A model generated the notes under the pieces. That model was not told where the DNA came from and made no database searches. It saw nothing but the letters and a program-made list of their open reading frames with translations. This document shows positions 13,001-26,005 of a stretch of 64,000 bases of DNA, piece by piece. The position numbers and the translations under genes were made by a program. The stretch comes from Lama guanicoe (Eukaryota), in assembly GCA_013239625.1 (NCBI GenBank), contig MU053652.1:8878077-8942076 (forward strand), in the 5' to 3' direction. Position 1 is the stretch's first letter, and every line of letters begins with the position of its first letter.

Positions 13001-13769
13001 CAGGTTGCTTCTGCGATTCTTTTCCATTATTGCATACTCGTGGCTAAGGATGGTGACTTTGTAAACTCAAACTTCCAGCTATTTCAGAAGTTTTTATTGA
13101 ATATATATATATTCAGTTGAATGTGTGTATATGTGTGTACTGTTCCTATTCATAGAACTGAAAATGGAAAAGAATTCAAGTCATTGTATTAGTGCTGCTT
13201 ATATGACATTAGGGGTAAGAATTTAATCATCTCAGCCAGTATCTGTATAGCCTTGGACACCTTCTGTAAACTCTCCAAGCTCTTTTTCCTAACCTGGAAA
13301 TGAGGGTCTTGATGCCTTAACTTGCAGAATGGTTTTAAAGGGACTCAGTAAATGATGACCTAAAGTATATGGGAAAAATAAGTTCCTCCTCTGTGATAAA
13401 AACAATTCAATTTTGTTGCCTTTCTCTTTCCTTATGAAAAACACATTCACAAACATATAAATATGTTAAATAATATAATCCAATACAGGTAGAGCCCAAC
13501 ATTTATAGGAAGCATAGAGTTTCTTCACTAGAAGGAATCGTAGAGATGATATGGTACAGTGACTCTTAGCATTTGTTTGCCTTATGTTTGAAGACTTCGA
13601 GAGTCTGAAAGTTATAATCCTTCACTCCCCAGAAAGGTCTTTATACACAAAAATTAGCATATAATTTTAAGGAGTTCAAGGACTCCCTAAAACCTATTCC
13701 TATGCTTAACCTTGGGTTAAGAATCCTCAGCCTAATTCAACACCCTCAATCTAAAGATGGAAAAGTTAA

Positions 13770-13930
13770 GGGGAAGGAGAGTATATCGCTCAGTGGTAGA
13801 GCGCATGCTTAGCAGGCAGGAAGTCCTGGGTTCAATCCTCACTACCTCCATTAAATAAATAAGCAAACAAACAAACTTAATTACCAACCCCTCCTAAAAA
13901 CTAAAAAAATAATAAAAATAATTGTAAAAG
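13770..13930 (+). mobile_element. tRNA-derived SINE, Vic-1-like (camelid)
   Basis: A box gctcagtggtagagc, B box gggttcaatcc, taaataaa-rich linker and A tail; flanking repeat aagttaag. Confidence 0.85.
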
Positions 13931-15671
13931 ACAAGTTAAGGAATATAAGTGATATGCTCTTGAAAATTCAAAATTATTTGAAAACTTTTCCCCCAAACTC
14001 TTTGTCTAATAATTTAAGAACACAGCAATCATCAATTTTAGAGCAGCGTCCTCGGACTACAGCTGCATTTCATTGGTGGACTTGCTGTCTGGTCCACCCT
14101 AGGTGTCTTAGGGACAGAAGAGCTATTTGCAATCCCACACAAAGTTAAATGAAATAATTTGGGTATTGATTCCATTTTTCACGTGCTTTTTTCCCCACAA
14201 TTATACTACCATGTTCTCGGTAAACATTCATGTAAGTGCCTGTCATGGCCCCAAGTCTATTCAAGATATTGAGAGCACAGGATTGTGAGACTCAGTTTCT
14301 GACTGGTCTGGGCACAGTCTAGTAACAGGCTCATAAGCCTGTAATAGAGGAACTCAGAGAGAGGAGCAGCTCCCTCAGCCCCAGAACTTTGAGAAGGTCC
14401 CACACTTAAGGTAGCGTTAAAGTCACGTCTAGAATGGTGAGTAGGAGCTTTCCAGACAGAGGATCCAGATATCCTAACTCCCCCACATGCAGATTTTATA
14501 ATGCACAATTTTCTATTTAGTTGAGAATAATTCACTCGCTTTAAATTATATGTCCCTGGTAATTAGTCCTAAAATATATGGGATGGCCCATTGAAGACCC
14601 ATGTCGTAGTTTTATCAGCTATGTGTCTTCATCCTCGGAGCCATGCAGTCTCCAAACCTCTGGGTCATTCTCCTCTCAGGACTGCAATTGCTAGTCAATC
14701 ACAAAGGCTTGCAAACCCTTTCTTTATAGTGTCCCTACACCTTCCTCTTCTTCTCTGTTCCCAACATCGTCTTCCTATAGTTCTCCAACCTACTAGACCT
14801 GGCCTTCAGGCTTTGTGCTGCACAGCCTCACCAGTCCTTCCACATTCTACACAACCACAGATACGTTTTCCCAAAGTTAATTTATTCTGAAGCCCGGCTG
14901 GGAAACCTTTGCACCATGTTCCCTATAGGATATCGTTACCGAGTCTATTTATCATCTTACTTGAAGCCTGCTGTGATCCAGCCTCAGGCTCATCACTCAT
15001 CATTCCTCAGCACGTCTGTAGTCCAGCCAGGCAAGTACGGGACAGAGATGGGAAGAGCCCACGTGAAGTCAGGTCTTGCCTTTACCACGTATTAGCTGTT
15101 GTATTTATCAATCCAAGCTCGTTTTCTTATCTACCACTTTGATGAATAAAAATAACCAAAGGACTTAAAGCTGTTAGGAAAATGGCAAGTGCCTCGCACT
15201 GCCTGGCACATAATTGGCTCTCAATAAATGGTATCATTTGTAGCCACCTTCATCACCCTCCTCCAAAAGGAACCACATCTCTGTCACTCAAACATTTCTA
15301 GAAACCCTCTTCTAACCTAGGTCATTTATTTCTCCCTTAGGACCTGCTAAGGGTCCTTTTTATTCCTCCCCTAAACCCACCTGTTCTCAGCAGTCTCTGC
15401 TTATATAACCCACATCACCTCTGTTTGCTTTGCGTTGTTTCCAAACTTTTCTTAAGGGTCTTGTCTTGTTCACCAGACTGTAATAGCTTGAGCTACCCCC
15501 AAGTGGAGGAGACTATAATGCAAAGTCAAGAGCCTCCTTGACTTCACCCTTGTTTGAGGACGTTGAAGTGTTCATGACACAGAGGGAAGATCGGAGAGTG
15601 GATGTCTCAGGATTCTAGCCGTGGTGATTTTTGGAGTCTGAGTTGTTTAAGAGCAGGGAACATGTCTTATA

Positions 15672-15821
15672 CTTCCTCCTGCTTCCCACAGCAAAAACAT
15701 GGAAGGCACACTCAACTCTGTGGTGTTTAGCAGACTATTTTCCTCCTGCTTCCTCCTGCTTCCCACAGCAAAAACATGGAAGGCACACTCAACTCTGTGG
15801 TGTTTAGCAGACTATTTTCCT
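15672..15821. repeat. Perfect tandem duplication of 73 bp (15672-15744 and 15749-15821; period 77)
   Basis: cttcctcctgcttcccacagcaaaaacatggaaggcacactcaactctgtggtgtttagcagactattttcct occurs twice. Confidence 0.95.
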
Positions 15822-17042
15822 GAAGAATCAACCTACTCTTTGATCCCTGTCACAGACCAGCAATGGCTTTCATCCTGCAGGGGAATTAAGCAGAATGTGT
15901 ACCAGGATTGTGGGATGGAAACCCCTACATGCATGACCTATAGGCAGCTTACAATAAATGTTTCATGAAAAAGCACCAACCATAAGCTATGTTTCACTGC
16001 ATCACTGTATGTCCCTTGGGAACAAATTAAGAGCAAATGGAAGTCTTCCAAATTTAGAGCCGAAGTTTTAGAGAAGCGTTGAAGGAATAGGTCTATTACA
16101 AAAAACAAAAAAAGCCCCCTTAGGTTCCACAAAAAAAGCTCTTGATCTGAAAATTTTATTTCTCTTCCTTACAACCCCTTTACAGGGGCAAAGAGAGAGT
16201 CTATAAATCTAAGACAGTGGTTATCTCTAATATCCTTATTGGAAACTCTATTCTTCGCATTCAATTTTGAACCAGTTTCATTACACAGGGCACCTCTCAA
16301 CCTTGCCAGTTCATTTTCTCTCTAAAGTCAACTGCTTTGCCTTCTCTGTTGCTAAATTTCAGGTAGCTGCCCTTCACTGTGGCCTGGCCTTTCTATACCA
16401 GTTTGCTGTAATGCCAAAAGAACCTTCAGCTTTAAACGATGTCCCTCCACCCCTCCCTGGTTGGAGGAGGGGATGGAAGGCAGGGAAGGAAGGGAGGAAA
16501 TCTGTTAATTGCAGCCTGTCAGAGTTGCTTTAGGTGACTTTGTACTTCTTCAATTTAAGATCAACATGAACCTTAGACATTTCAGGCTGGAAATTTAAAT
16601 AACAGCAAAAAAGCATGGATTTCGCTAATGCCAGGAATGACTCATCTGGTGAGAATGGTATTGTATTGATAATACAACGCAGAGAGAAGGAGAAGACTGT
16701 GGTGTCTGCTTTGTTTTGTATTTCTGACCTTGAGGAGAATTATAACTTGTCTGTTGCAGAAGTTGAGCATCTAATGTGCTGACGCACCTGTTAGTTCTTG
16801 GATGTTAAATGACAAAGCACTTGCAGTCTCCTGTGATCGCTTTGTGGGTGAAATATTTTCTGCAATCTGGTGAACTGATTTTTTTTTAAAAGAACGTATT
16901 CATTTGTAGTTCTCGCATCTCCTACTTCTCAAAAATCTGCTTTCTCATTCTGTGTCAACACCCTGATCTCATCATCACATCTTAGAATCTGCTTGGCTTT
17001 TTATTTTCAAGGTAACATTATTATGACTTGTTTTTAATACAG

Positions 17043-17146
17043 AGACCATGAACCAGGCGACTCCCGCTAGGAAGCTGGAAGAGGTCCTTCATCTGGCAGA
17101 GCTCTGCATTGAAGTCTTGCAGCAGAACGAAGAGCATCACGCAGAG
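17043..17146 (+). CDS. CADPS2: CADPS2 coding exon, 104 nt, phase 1 to 0: (E)[34 protein letters not shown]
   Basis: Acceptor tttttaatacag ends at 17042; donor GAG|gtgatg at 17147; overlaps ORF 17048..17245. Confidence 0.95.
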
Positions 17147-17404
17147 GTGATGACTTGTTTTAACTGTCATGTAGAGCTACGCGTAGTGCTTTTCTATAAG
17201 GCTTTGGGAACAACACTGAAGAAGTGGCTTGCCTGGAGCCTTTGATTCACATCTGGCCATTTATCTGTAGAAAACTGAGATCATATGTGTATTTCCTGAA
17301 AATATAACTCCTATACATCACAAAGGAATTGTGTATATATGTGTATATATATATATTATAAAATTTAGTATCTATTCCTGGCAACAGTCTTGCTGTGAAG
17401 CACA

Positions 17405-17550
17405 GGGGAAAGAGGGAGGGTGGTAGAGCGTGTGCTTAGTTAGCATACATGAGGTTCTGGGTTCAATCCCCAGTACCTCCACTAAAAATAAATAAGTAAA
17501 TAAATAAATCTAATTACCTCCCCCCAAAAAAAAATTTTAAAAAAATAAAA
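17405..17550 (+). mobile_element. tRNA-derived SINE, Vic-1-like, with a partly deleted A box
   Basis: gtggtagagcgtgtgcttag...gggttcaatccccagtacctcc...taattacctcccccc plus A tail; flanking acagggg. Confidence 0.85.
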
Positions 17551-18936
17551 GAACAGGGGAGAGTTTATGAGATCTGCCAGAGGTGTACAACTTACAAACC
17601 TGGAGCCCAACGTGAACCCTATCTTGTGATGCCAGATCACTTGCTTTTCCCCCTGCATCCCGATTGCTTTAGTGTAGAAATGTAAGTTAAACAATGTGGG
17701 GAAGGGAAAAGTGGTGATAAATTATAAGATAACAAAATCAAATAGAAGACGTTCATAACTGTATGATTGATATCTCTAGTCTTTCCCATTTTTCATCAAG
17801 CTTTTCTTTAAATTTTCACTAAACCTGCATTTTTAATGGTTTTTTAAAGTTCTAGTTCTAATTATATATTAACATTCACTAAAGGTACAGAGCCGTATTT
17901 CATCAGGCAAACTGCTTATTCTGAGTCTTGAAAGTGTCATGCTTTCTAATATCGAGGAATTTATTTTAAAAAAAATAAGAGTTTTCTGACTTTGAAGGAG
18001 ATAGAGAAAATGTGTAGAATTGAATAAATGTAATACATTTCAATGCTCTAACAGGACTTTTAATTTTGAGGAAGCACATAAAATGAGCAGGAATGAAAAA
18101 GGCCAGATACAGAAAAATTCGCAGAGTATTTATATCTAATGAAGCCTAGTTCTCAAAAATATAAGAAACTACAGGAAGTACATTTTAAGCAAATTCTCAG
18201 AAATAAAAGATTCATGAAACCTTACTATAGGTAACTAAGATTTATTGTATCTGGTTATAAATATGATCATTCAAAACATCTGCTTTTAGCTCACACTGTG
18301 GAATCTAGTTTTTCCCTTACATCTGTCATGTGTGAACTTGTTATGGATATTTTATTTTAAACTGAAGAAACAGCTGCTTCAATCATTTGAAATGAATTCC
18401 CAGGAGGAGCTTTTCTAGGCTAGTACCACCGCTATGTTACAATGAAAATGATTATATAATAAAATGTAAGTATGTGTTGGCTTTGTCTTTTGTTAAAAGG
18501 CATTATCATCAGAGTATGAGACCTTTTCGAATTAAAAAAAAATTCTAATTGGATATCCAATTTCACCTACACAGGCACATCTCTTACTCCCATGCACTTC
18601 ACAAAAATGGCATTTAATTTTCCTGCTTTACTAGGGAAAATAATGTTTCCTCTCTTTTAAATGTAACTAATACTTGTTAGATGCTCCATGCAACTACTAT
18701 ACTGCATGCTTGTTAAAGTATAAGGTATCCAAGCACAATTAAAATGTAAGTATTACTTATTTTCTAATCCACAAAAATACAGTTGACTTTATTGAACAGA
18801 GATAATCAAAACTCATAAATATCACTCAACTGTATGCCAAAATATAAATTTATTATAGTGATCTTTTTTTAAATGTTTTGTGACACTCTGGTGTGTCTTT
18901 ATTCCACAATGCTTCCAAATTCCTGGAATTCCTCAG

Positions 18937-18945
18937 GGAAGAGAG
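18937..18945 (+). CDS. CADPS2: CADPS2 9-nt microexon GGAAGAGAG (GRE), phase 0 to 0
   Basis: ttcctcag|GGAAGAGAG|gtgagt; supplies the HHAE-GRE-AFAWW sequence of CAPS2 isoforms as I recall them. Confidence 0.9.
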
Positions 18946-21629
18946 GTGAGTAAAATTGTTTTCACTATTTTTCTAGCATGGAATAACTCTCTTACATGAA
19001 AATAGGATAGAACCGACTTTGGTTATAGTTTTAAAACCAGCTTTCTCCCTCTCCTTGGAATTAAAGATCCTGTTTTTTGAAATGGGCTAATCTTTATTGT
19101 ACTGTTTCGGTGAATATGTCTTATTACTAATTACGTGGATAATTACTGCTGGCCATCTCAGTAAAAGCCAGCTGAGAGGATTTTGTCATTTTGGTCTTGG
19201 TTTATCTGTTACTGTTTTTTCACCTTTTTTTCTTTTTTTAACCAGAAAATCCAGCTTTATCTCTGAACAATACTGGGGAGTGAACTGGTCCAATTCCAAA
19301 GTCACTTCCAGAGTGAATTGGTGGACTGCACTGTACACTGATCTTGATTTTGCTGGATGTTCAGGCTAGACTTTTCTTTGCTGCATGAGAGAGCTGCTGG
19401 CCTGGCTCCCTTGGCGGAGGTCAGTGCGTCTGCCTCAGAGCCCTTCGAGTGGCCGTGTGTCAGCTCCTCTCATTCTTCTACTGCTCCCCTCCACAGGGTG
19501 GTTCACTTTCCAAGGCCAAGAGGTTGTTTCTGTCCCTCAATAACTTGTCAGTGAAGCAAGTTTCCCATCCTTCAGATCTTAGACAGTAACTTACTTCTAA
19601 GACAAGCCCTCCCTTCTCTTTGAACGCCTCTTGACCTCTCCAGCAAGGCTTTTCCTCCAGATCTCCGTGTTTCCTCTTGAGAAAGACAGTTTAAGCTCCT
19701 TTCCAGAAAATCTTTAAGGCTGTCTTCCACATTCCCAGGAGGAGACTGGGTCTGACCAGGCATTTAGGCAAACTGATCTAACAATGGTCCATCCAGGGCC
19801 ACTCACTGCGACAAAGGTGAGGAGTCCCAGACGCCCACCAGAATGCCTTAGGGTCTCACCAGCACACCCCACCACACACACCATCTTCCCAGTAAGAAAA
19901 CCTGCCAGAGGTGCACAGCCGGACATTGACTGGGTGAAGACTCAGGCCAGACCCCAGACTCAGCACCTCCCAGGGAACTGCATTGTAGGGTGGCCAGAAT
20001 GGGTGTCTTGTCCTGGTTCTGCTGGTGGGTTTGACACTTGGCAAAGTAGCAGGGATGTAAATGCAGCAGGGGTGATGACAGTGCAAGCCTGGAGACGCTC
20101 CTCTCCTTAAGTCATTCTCTTCCTCCCCTGGCATAGCCTGGGGCCCCGCCGCGGGGATGGAGTGCTGGGAACCTCCCCCCGTGGAGGGGCAGAGAGAGGC
20201 AATACACCAGTATGAGCGCAGCTCAGTTTGTCACTTTGTTATTTATTGTTGCAGCAGAATCTTGATGTAAGGTTCCTATGATATTTTAAATAGAACATTG
20301 TCCACGGTGTCGGTGACTCTGCAGGCAAAGAGGATGTCTGGCAGAAATGCAGTATTTGCATCTTAGCTCTGAGTTCACTGCCGATGGTTAATGCAGCCTG
20401 CGCGCCCGCTGGCTGTGTCCCCGGCGGCTTGGGGAGCAGAGCCAGGGCATGGGGAGGAGTTCAGTCTGGGCACGTATCTGTGCGCATGCTCATTCGGGTG
20501 AACGTTGGTGTCTGAACCAGATTATGCATCTGGATGGATTCTAACATAAAGAGAAGGGATGTTTACTTTTTTCCCCTTGTTTTAGCTTCTTTGTGTCCTT
20601 ACTCCTCTCTACTGCCATGATATCTAAGGAGCATCTTAAAGTGAAGTTATGCAAAAAAATGTTCCTAAACAAGACCTCTTGACTACTTACCATTACCTAG
20701 ATTACAGTCATCTCAACAGTTGAGTTAATCTTAATTATGCAGTATTTATATCTGGATAGCCAGTGAGATAAATTGACATTTTGGAGGGAATGGTTTTAAG
20801 TTTAGGGTTAGCCTAGCCTCTGGTCCAAAAAGGTCTTTCCTTTTGGAAGAAGATGACCCACAAGTGTTTTTCCTATGCCTGAGGCAGAATTTCATTTGAA
20901 ACAGTGACTCTTAAACGAAACTTCGTGGGCATAAATGTCCCACCAAAGATGTTAGTCATTCACTAATTTACAAATATTTAAAAATAAGGGTAGTACTTAA
21001 CTGGTATAAGTTTCAAAATATTTTCAGCTCCTCGCCTCACTTGGTTATTTCAGTATGTGTATTCATCTATGAACCCAGTTAGGGAGAGATTTTTGTGAAC
21101 CAAGAGTTGCAAGAAACTTATGATTAGTTTGATAGTAGTTTAGGTATCACCCTGAAGATTCTAGTCTATTCTACTGGCTCCTCAGAAGAGCTGAAATATG
21201 TCTAAAATATGGCCCCTCAGCACTGTGTTGCTACATGTGTATGTTGGGAGTCAGGGGATACCCTAGACACTAGACTATCTCCAGAGCTTTAAGGATCATC
21301 TGCAACATACAGGATTGCAAACTGATCTTTTTTGGGGGGATGGCGGAAAGCACATAATACGTTCCAAAATCATATGCCCTGTTTCTGCTCATTGATGTAG
21401 CCATTTTCCTTTTTTGTTGTAAATTATCAAATGTTCACTATATTTTGAGGGTAAAAGTTAATCAAAAGCCTGAAACTTCAAAGAAACTAGGAAAAACATA
21501 CATAAATCAGACCATAAGAGATGCTGTGGCAAGAAAAAACAGTAGAAAACTACACCATTGTTCTGATCTGTAAAACTAGATAGATAAATAGATGGACAGG
21601 CAGGCAGGCAGCGTGCCGTGTATAGTTAA

Positions 21630-21870
21630 TTAAGAACAGGCTGTATGTGTAGAAGCTTGACCTCTGCACTCCAGCTGACCTGGACTCAAATCATTGCTCT
21701 GTTACCTATCAACTGCATGACTCTGGGCAAATTCTCTACTCTCTCTGAGTTTGCCAACTTGTAAAATAAGGATAATTATACCGGTCTACCTGAAAGGATT
21801 GAGCGCGATAATGTATAAAAAGCCTCTAGAACAGTACTTGGCACGTAGAAACTATCCCATTCATGCTGGA
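21630..21870 (+). mobile_element. MIR SINE
   Basis: cctggactcaaatc...tgcatgactctgggcaaatt...tgtaaaataaggataat...agaacagtacttggcacgtag. Confidence 0.7.
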
Positions 21871-23925
21871 CACTGTTTTGTTTAAAACATCTACACTCAT
21901 AAGATCTGTGTGAATTTCAACTCATGTTTGTGTTACTTGTGGTACTTGGTTGTTTACTTTTTGTACAGCAAGAGATTCTCATATTCATTGCAGCCCCGGA
22001 GGAGGCGAGGGCAAGTATTGTTATTGCCAATTTGCAGACGAGGAAATGGAAACCCATCCGGGGAACTGATCTGCCCATGATCACTCGCGTCTCACCAAGC
22101 TCAGAAGCTCAGCACTCCGCTTCCCGTTTCAGGGATAGTCTAACCTGCCACTGTTTTCAACGACATTGAGCAAACAGACACAGCTTTCACAGTACTGTCA
22201 GCCTGCCACGTATAAATGTTCTCGCTGTGCAAGATTTATTTATTGTTAGAGCTTTGAGAGAACTAGTATGGCTAAAGGATGGCAATCAAGTTTTGTTTTG
22301 TGTTTCCCTCTTAATCAAATTAAACATTGCCTTCTGCCTCTGGCATCTCACTTACACTAATTAGTGGCTTAGCATCAGAGCCAAGACAGCTTTAACACAG
22401 ATAATCATGGCTCTTGATTGGTGTCCTGCAGACAGATGCCTTCCTGAGCAGGGCTTTCTCCTCCCTGGTGGGGTCCCTCAGCCACCCTCAGGAAGTGGTG
22501 CTCTGGGGAGAAAGTTAGACAGCCTCTCTTCTTACTACCAAGCCAGGGTGGGACGACTGCTCCCAGAGGGACAGCAAAAAGGAGGCGGGGACAGGTGGTG
22601 GGGTTGACCTTGTGTTCTCAAGGTTAACAGCCTGCAGCCCTTGCTTTGCATTTTCAAAGACAGTGGTCGCTTGAAGCTTTCTCTGGTCATCATTAGAGCA
22701 AGAGACATTCATCACAGATCGGCTTATGTTAGTCAGGAATAATATTATAGGAAGTACAATTGAAAACATAAATGTACACTTCTACAAGCAAATGATGAGA
22801 GTTTTGAGTTGATGGCCAAATCTTGTCAACCTGAAGCCAATATTTTTTTAGAGGAAAGTGTACCCCATGGCATGTCATTCCCCACCGTGGCTCTGGCTTC
22901 CAAGTTAAAAGAGCTTTGGAAATTTTTCTCTGAGTCTTGAGACGATCTTGACCTAACATGACTGTTATTTTCTTAATTTTAACCTTTTGCAAAGGTATTG
23001 GTTGTGAACTGGAAGTGAAACTTTGAAAATGTCTCTCTTTGCAGTGCAGCATTTTAACTAGCGTTTCTATCCTGCTCTGCTTAGAGTGAAGAATCTGAGA
23101 TTCTTCTTGTCTGTGTCACCACTCCAGCTCTAAAAGACAGAAGCAATGAAATATATGTGATTTGGGTTTTTTTTTCACTTTTGTATTATTGCCATATACT
23201 CATTCTGATAGAAATTTTAGTGAAAAGGGTTCAAACATAATATTTTCAAAGAGCAGTAACTCAGTTTACATAGAACATACCGTTTCCAACAGGTTTCCAC
23301 ATTCATATATTTGTAACAGCAGAGTTGAAGTGATACGCACTGAGCCAGCCAGGAACACATCCCTAACCCCATGCTTGTACTACACCACGCTTTCTATAGC
23401 CAGTGTTTTCCTCTTTTTACCACCTGCTAATTAGTTACATGGTAATGTTTCTGTAAATATATTGAACATTATTCCTGTGATAAAAGTTTTTAAGAGAATA
23501 TTCAGTATGTCAGTATTTATAATTCACCTATGTTTTGGTTTGTGGTTTGACTCTTTTTGTTATAATCTGATTTACATTGGAAGAAATTAAATGGAATTTT
23601 GCAACCGCAAATCATACATGTTCTTCAAAGTTTCTTGAAAATAAATATGGACTTCTCTGAGTATAGTATGATGAGTCTTTTTTTAAGGTTAATTTTAATC
23701 GGAAGAATAACAAAAATAACAGGATGTATATGCTTCATAGTTATTTAGTTAAAAAATTACAACACTATCAAAAGCTAAACAGAAAAAAGAGGAAAAGACC
23801 TGAGAGATATTTCACTAAAAGCAGTACAAAGAGAGCCCTAACACGTGTAAAAAGTGTTCAGACTCATTCAAAATTGGAAAAATGCAAATTAAAAGTAAGA
23901 TACTATAGCCAGAGAAGTCTAGATT

Positions 23926-25195
23926 ATTTTTTGTGTAAGTGTAATAAGGCACTTAACATAAGCCCTGCATCTTATGTAGGCAAAGTATTGTCTACAATAC
24001 AGTGTTGTTACCAATATGCACTGTGCTATATGATCGAGCTCTAGGATTTATTCATCTTATGTAACTGAATCTTTGTACCCTTTCACTAATACCTCCCTTT
24101 TTCACCCTCTTCCCAGACATTCTACTCTCTGAAACCACCTCTCTACTCTCTGCGTCTATGAAATTGACTATTTTAGATTCCTGACGAAAGTATTTGTCCT
24201 TCTGTGTCTGGCTTACTTCACTTAACATAGTGACCTCCAGGTTCAACCATGTTGTCACAGATGGCATGACTGCCTTCTATTTAAGGCTGTAAAATATTCC
24301 ATTGCATATAAATATCATAACTTCTTTTCCATTCATTCATCTGTGGCTATTTAGGTTGCTTCTACATCTTACCTATTGTGAATAATACTGCATTGACCAT
24401 GGCAGTGTAGATACCTCTTTGAGATCCTGATTTCAGTCCCTTTAGATATATGCCTAGAAGTAGGATTGATGAATCATATGATAATTCTATTTTTAATTTT
24501 TTGAGGAACTTCCATACTGTTTTCCATAGTGGCTGCACCAATTTACATTCCTACCAACAGTGTAGGAGGGTTCTCTTTCCTCTACATCTTCAACGAAATT
24601 TATCTTTTTTTTTTAATAGCTATCGTAATGGGTGTGAGGTGATCCTTCATTGTGGTTTTGATTTGCATTTGAAAATCAAATGATGATTAGTGATGTTAAG
24701 GACCTTTTCATATACCTGCTAGCCATTTGTTAGTCTTCTCTGACGAAATGTCTCTTTGTTCTCATGTCCATCTTTTAATCAGTTCATCTGTTTTTTTTTT
24801 TTTCCGCTTTGAGTTTAAGGAGTGTGTATGTTTTGGATATTAACCCTTTATCATGTATATGGTTTGCAAATATTTCTCCCATTCCATAGGTTGCCTTTTC
24901 CTTTTGTTGATTGTTTTCTTTACTGTGCATTAGCTGTTTAACTTGAGGATTCACCAATTTTTGTTTATATTGTCTGTACTTTTAGTGTCATATCTAAGAA
25001 ATCATTGCCAAGGCAGAAGTTAAGAAGCCTTTTTCTTTATATTTTATTCTAGGAGTTTCACAGTTTCATGTCTTAAGTTTAAGTCTTTAATGAATTTTGA
25101 GTTGATTTTTGTATATGGTGTAAAACAATGGTCCAGCTTCATTCTTTTGTTTGTGGATACCCAGTTGTCCCAGCAGCATTTATTGAAAGGATTAA
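23926..25195 (-). mobile_element. L1 (L1MA-type) 3' UTR and ORF2 3' end, antisense
   Basis: Degenerate ORF2 C-terminal peptide TTWLNLEVTMLSEVSQTQKDKY in ORF 24052..24267; ttccatagtggctgcaccaatttacattcc. Confidence 0.9.
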
Positions 25196-25229
25196 GGCTA
25201 TTCCTTATGTAAATCCATTTCTTTTTTCA

Positions 25230-26005
25230 GATTTGGAACACTACCAGCCATTATTTCTTTAAATAAGCTTTCTGCTCCATTCTCTTTCTCCTCTCTTTCT
25301 CAGACTCCCATAAGACATATCCAGCTGGTTCACTTGAAGATGTCCCACAAGTCCCATAGGCTTTCTTCACTCTTCTTTATTTTTTCCCTTTTTGTTCCTC
25401 TGACTTGATAATTTCAAATTACCTGTTTTCAAGTTCATTCTTTCTTCTACTTAATCAAGTCTATTGTTAAAGCTGTCTTTTAAACTTTTTAGTTATTGTA
25501 TTCTTCAGGCCAAGAATATGTGTTTGGTTCTCTATATGCTTCTGTCTCTGTTGAACTTCTCCTTTTTTTTCATGTATTGTTTTCCTGATTTCATGTAGTT
25601 GTCTATCTTTGCTCTCTTGTAGCTCACTGAACTTCTTGAAGACAATTTTTTAGAACTCTTTTAGGCAGTTCGTGGATCTCTGTTTCTTTGGGGTTGGCTA
25701 CAAGAGCTTTATTTTGTTCTTTTGTTGGCATCTTGTTTCCTAATTCTTCATGATCTTTGTATCCTTGCATTGGTGTCTGTGCATTTGAAGAAGCTGTCAC
25801 TTCCTCTTGTCTTTACAGACCAGCTTCAGCAGGGAAAGCCCTTCAGCAATCAGCCCAGTCAGATATTCTGGATTTTCTGGCTGGTAGGGTCCGTGGGTGG
25901 GCCAGCTGGTGGGGAATCCCAGGCAGGTGGGCTGACTGCCAGGGTCTGAGGGCTCTGGTTCCACGGGCAGACAGGCTTGGTGCCAGGGCCCATAGCCGGG
26001 TCACA
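25230..26005 (-). mobile_element. L1 5' region/ORF1 fragment, antisense
   Basis: cagccattatttctttaaataagctttctgc, tagctcactgaacttcttgaagac and gtgcatttgaagaagctgtcac are typical antisense L1M 5'-end/ORF1 sequence. Confidence 0.65.

Noticed and set aside
13770..13850. tRNA gene calls for the A-box/B-box sequences (also at 17405, 33255 and 45933)
   Set aside because: They have a shared non-tRNA 3' body, A-rich tails and flanking duplications, so they are SINEs.
15672..15821. CRISPR-like array interpretation of the direct repeats (also 36203-36652 and 58169-58234)
   Set aside because: Each has only two adjacent copies, no unique spacers and no cas genes, in a mammalian context.
1..17000. The upstream constitutive CADPS2 exon ending ...LTEYAKIE
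   Set aside because: I did not find it by manual reading; it presumably lies upstream of the window.
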